Of a DNA stretch of 37,481 nucleotides, positions 37,425 through 37,481 are shown piece after piece. Every line of letters begins with the position of its first letter. Positions within the stretch are counted from its first letter, which is position 1. The stretch lies in assembly GCA_028690885.1 (NCBI GenBank), contig JAQVAJ010000001.1:1-37481 (forward strand), given 5' to 3'. The notes beneath the pieces were generated by a model. The model was not told the origin of the DNA. It worked only from the letters and a program-made list of their open reading frames with translations, and made no database searches. A program made the position numbers and the translations under genes. This DNA is from Clostridia bacterium. GTDB lineage: Bacteria; Bacillota; Clostridia; DUPQ01.

Positions 37425-37481
37425 TTCATAAAATTAAGATTTGTTGTATAATATGTATTACGTAAATTAACGGAGGAGAAA
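37425..37481 (+). promoter_or_regulatory. Putative promoter and Shine-Dalgarno for a + strand gene that begins just beyond the window
   Basis: TTCATA (37425-37430), 16-nt spacer, TATAAT (37447-37452). GGAGGAG at 37472-37478 lies 3 nt from the window end. Confidence 0.35.

Overview
AT-rich, Clostridia-like (low-GC Firmicutes) chromosomal segment. Genes are tightly packed, and all but one lie on the + strand. I see no rRNA, tRNA, CRISPR array, transposase, integrase or phage gene. The window divides into five blocks. (1) Nt 1-8990 is a glycogen/alpha-glucan cluster: glgD (5' partial), glgA, a ketose 3-epimerase homologue, glgP, a cytoplasmic GH13 enzyme and a GH4 glycosidase. (2) Nt 9063-12138 holds the gamma and beta membrane subunits of a Na+-translocating decarboxylase with no catalytic partner, followed by gdhA. 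(3) Nt 12244-17485 holds a T-box-like leader, pheS-pheT, a hotdog thioesterase and a SEDS (RodA/FtsW) gene. (4) Nt 17569-28619 is a dcw cluster, starting with a promoter and 11-bp-phased GTGGT direct repeats. Its genes are mraZ, rsmH, ftsL, a class B PBP with PASTA domains, murE, murF, mraY, ftsW/spoVE, murG and an MBL-fold hydrolase. murD is absent from its usual slot. (5) Nt 28694-37336 is the only accessory-looking region. It is a translationally coupled six-gene MacB/FtsX-type ABC operon that meets a PDZ-less membrane-anchored S41 peptidase gene tail to tail. The operon encodes three divergent lipoprotein membrane-fusion (HlyD-like) adaptors and one fused 943-aa permease with two FtsX repeats. 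It also encodes two non-identical ATPases, one carrying a C-terminal AbrB/SpoVT-like swapped-hairpin domain. This operon is my best candidate for an undescribed system. Its function cannot be read from the sequence, and most of the window is ordinary housekeeping DNA. All homology calls come from motif recognition by eye; no searches were run.
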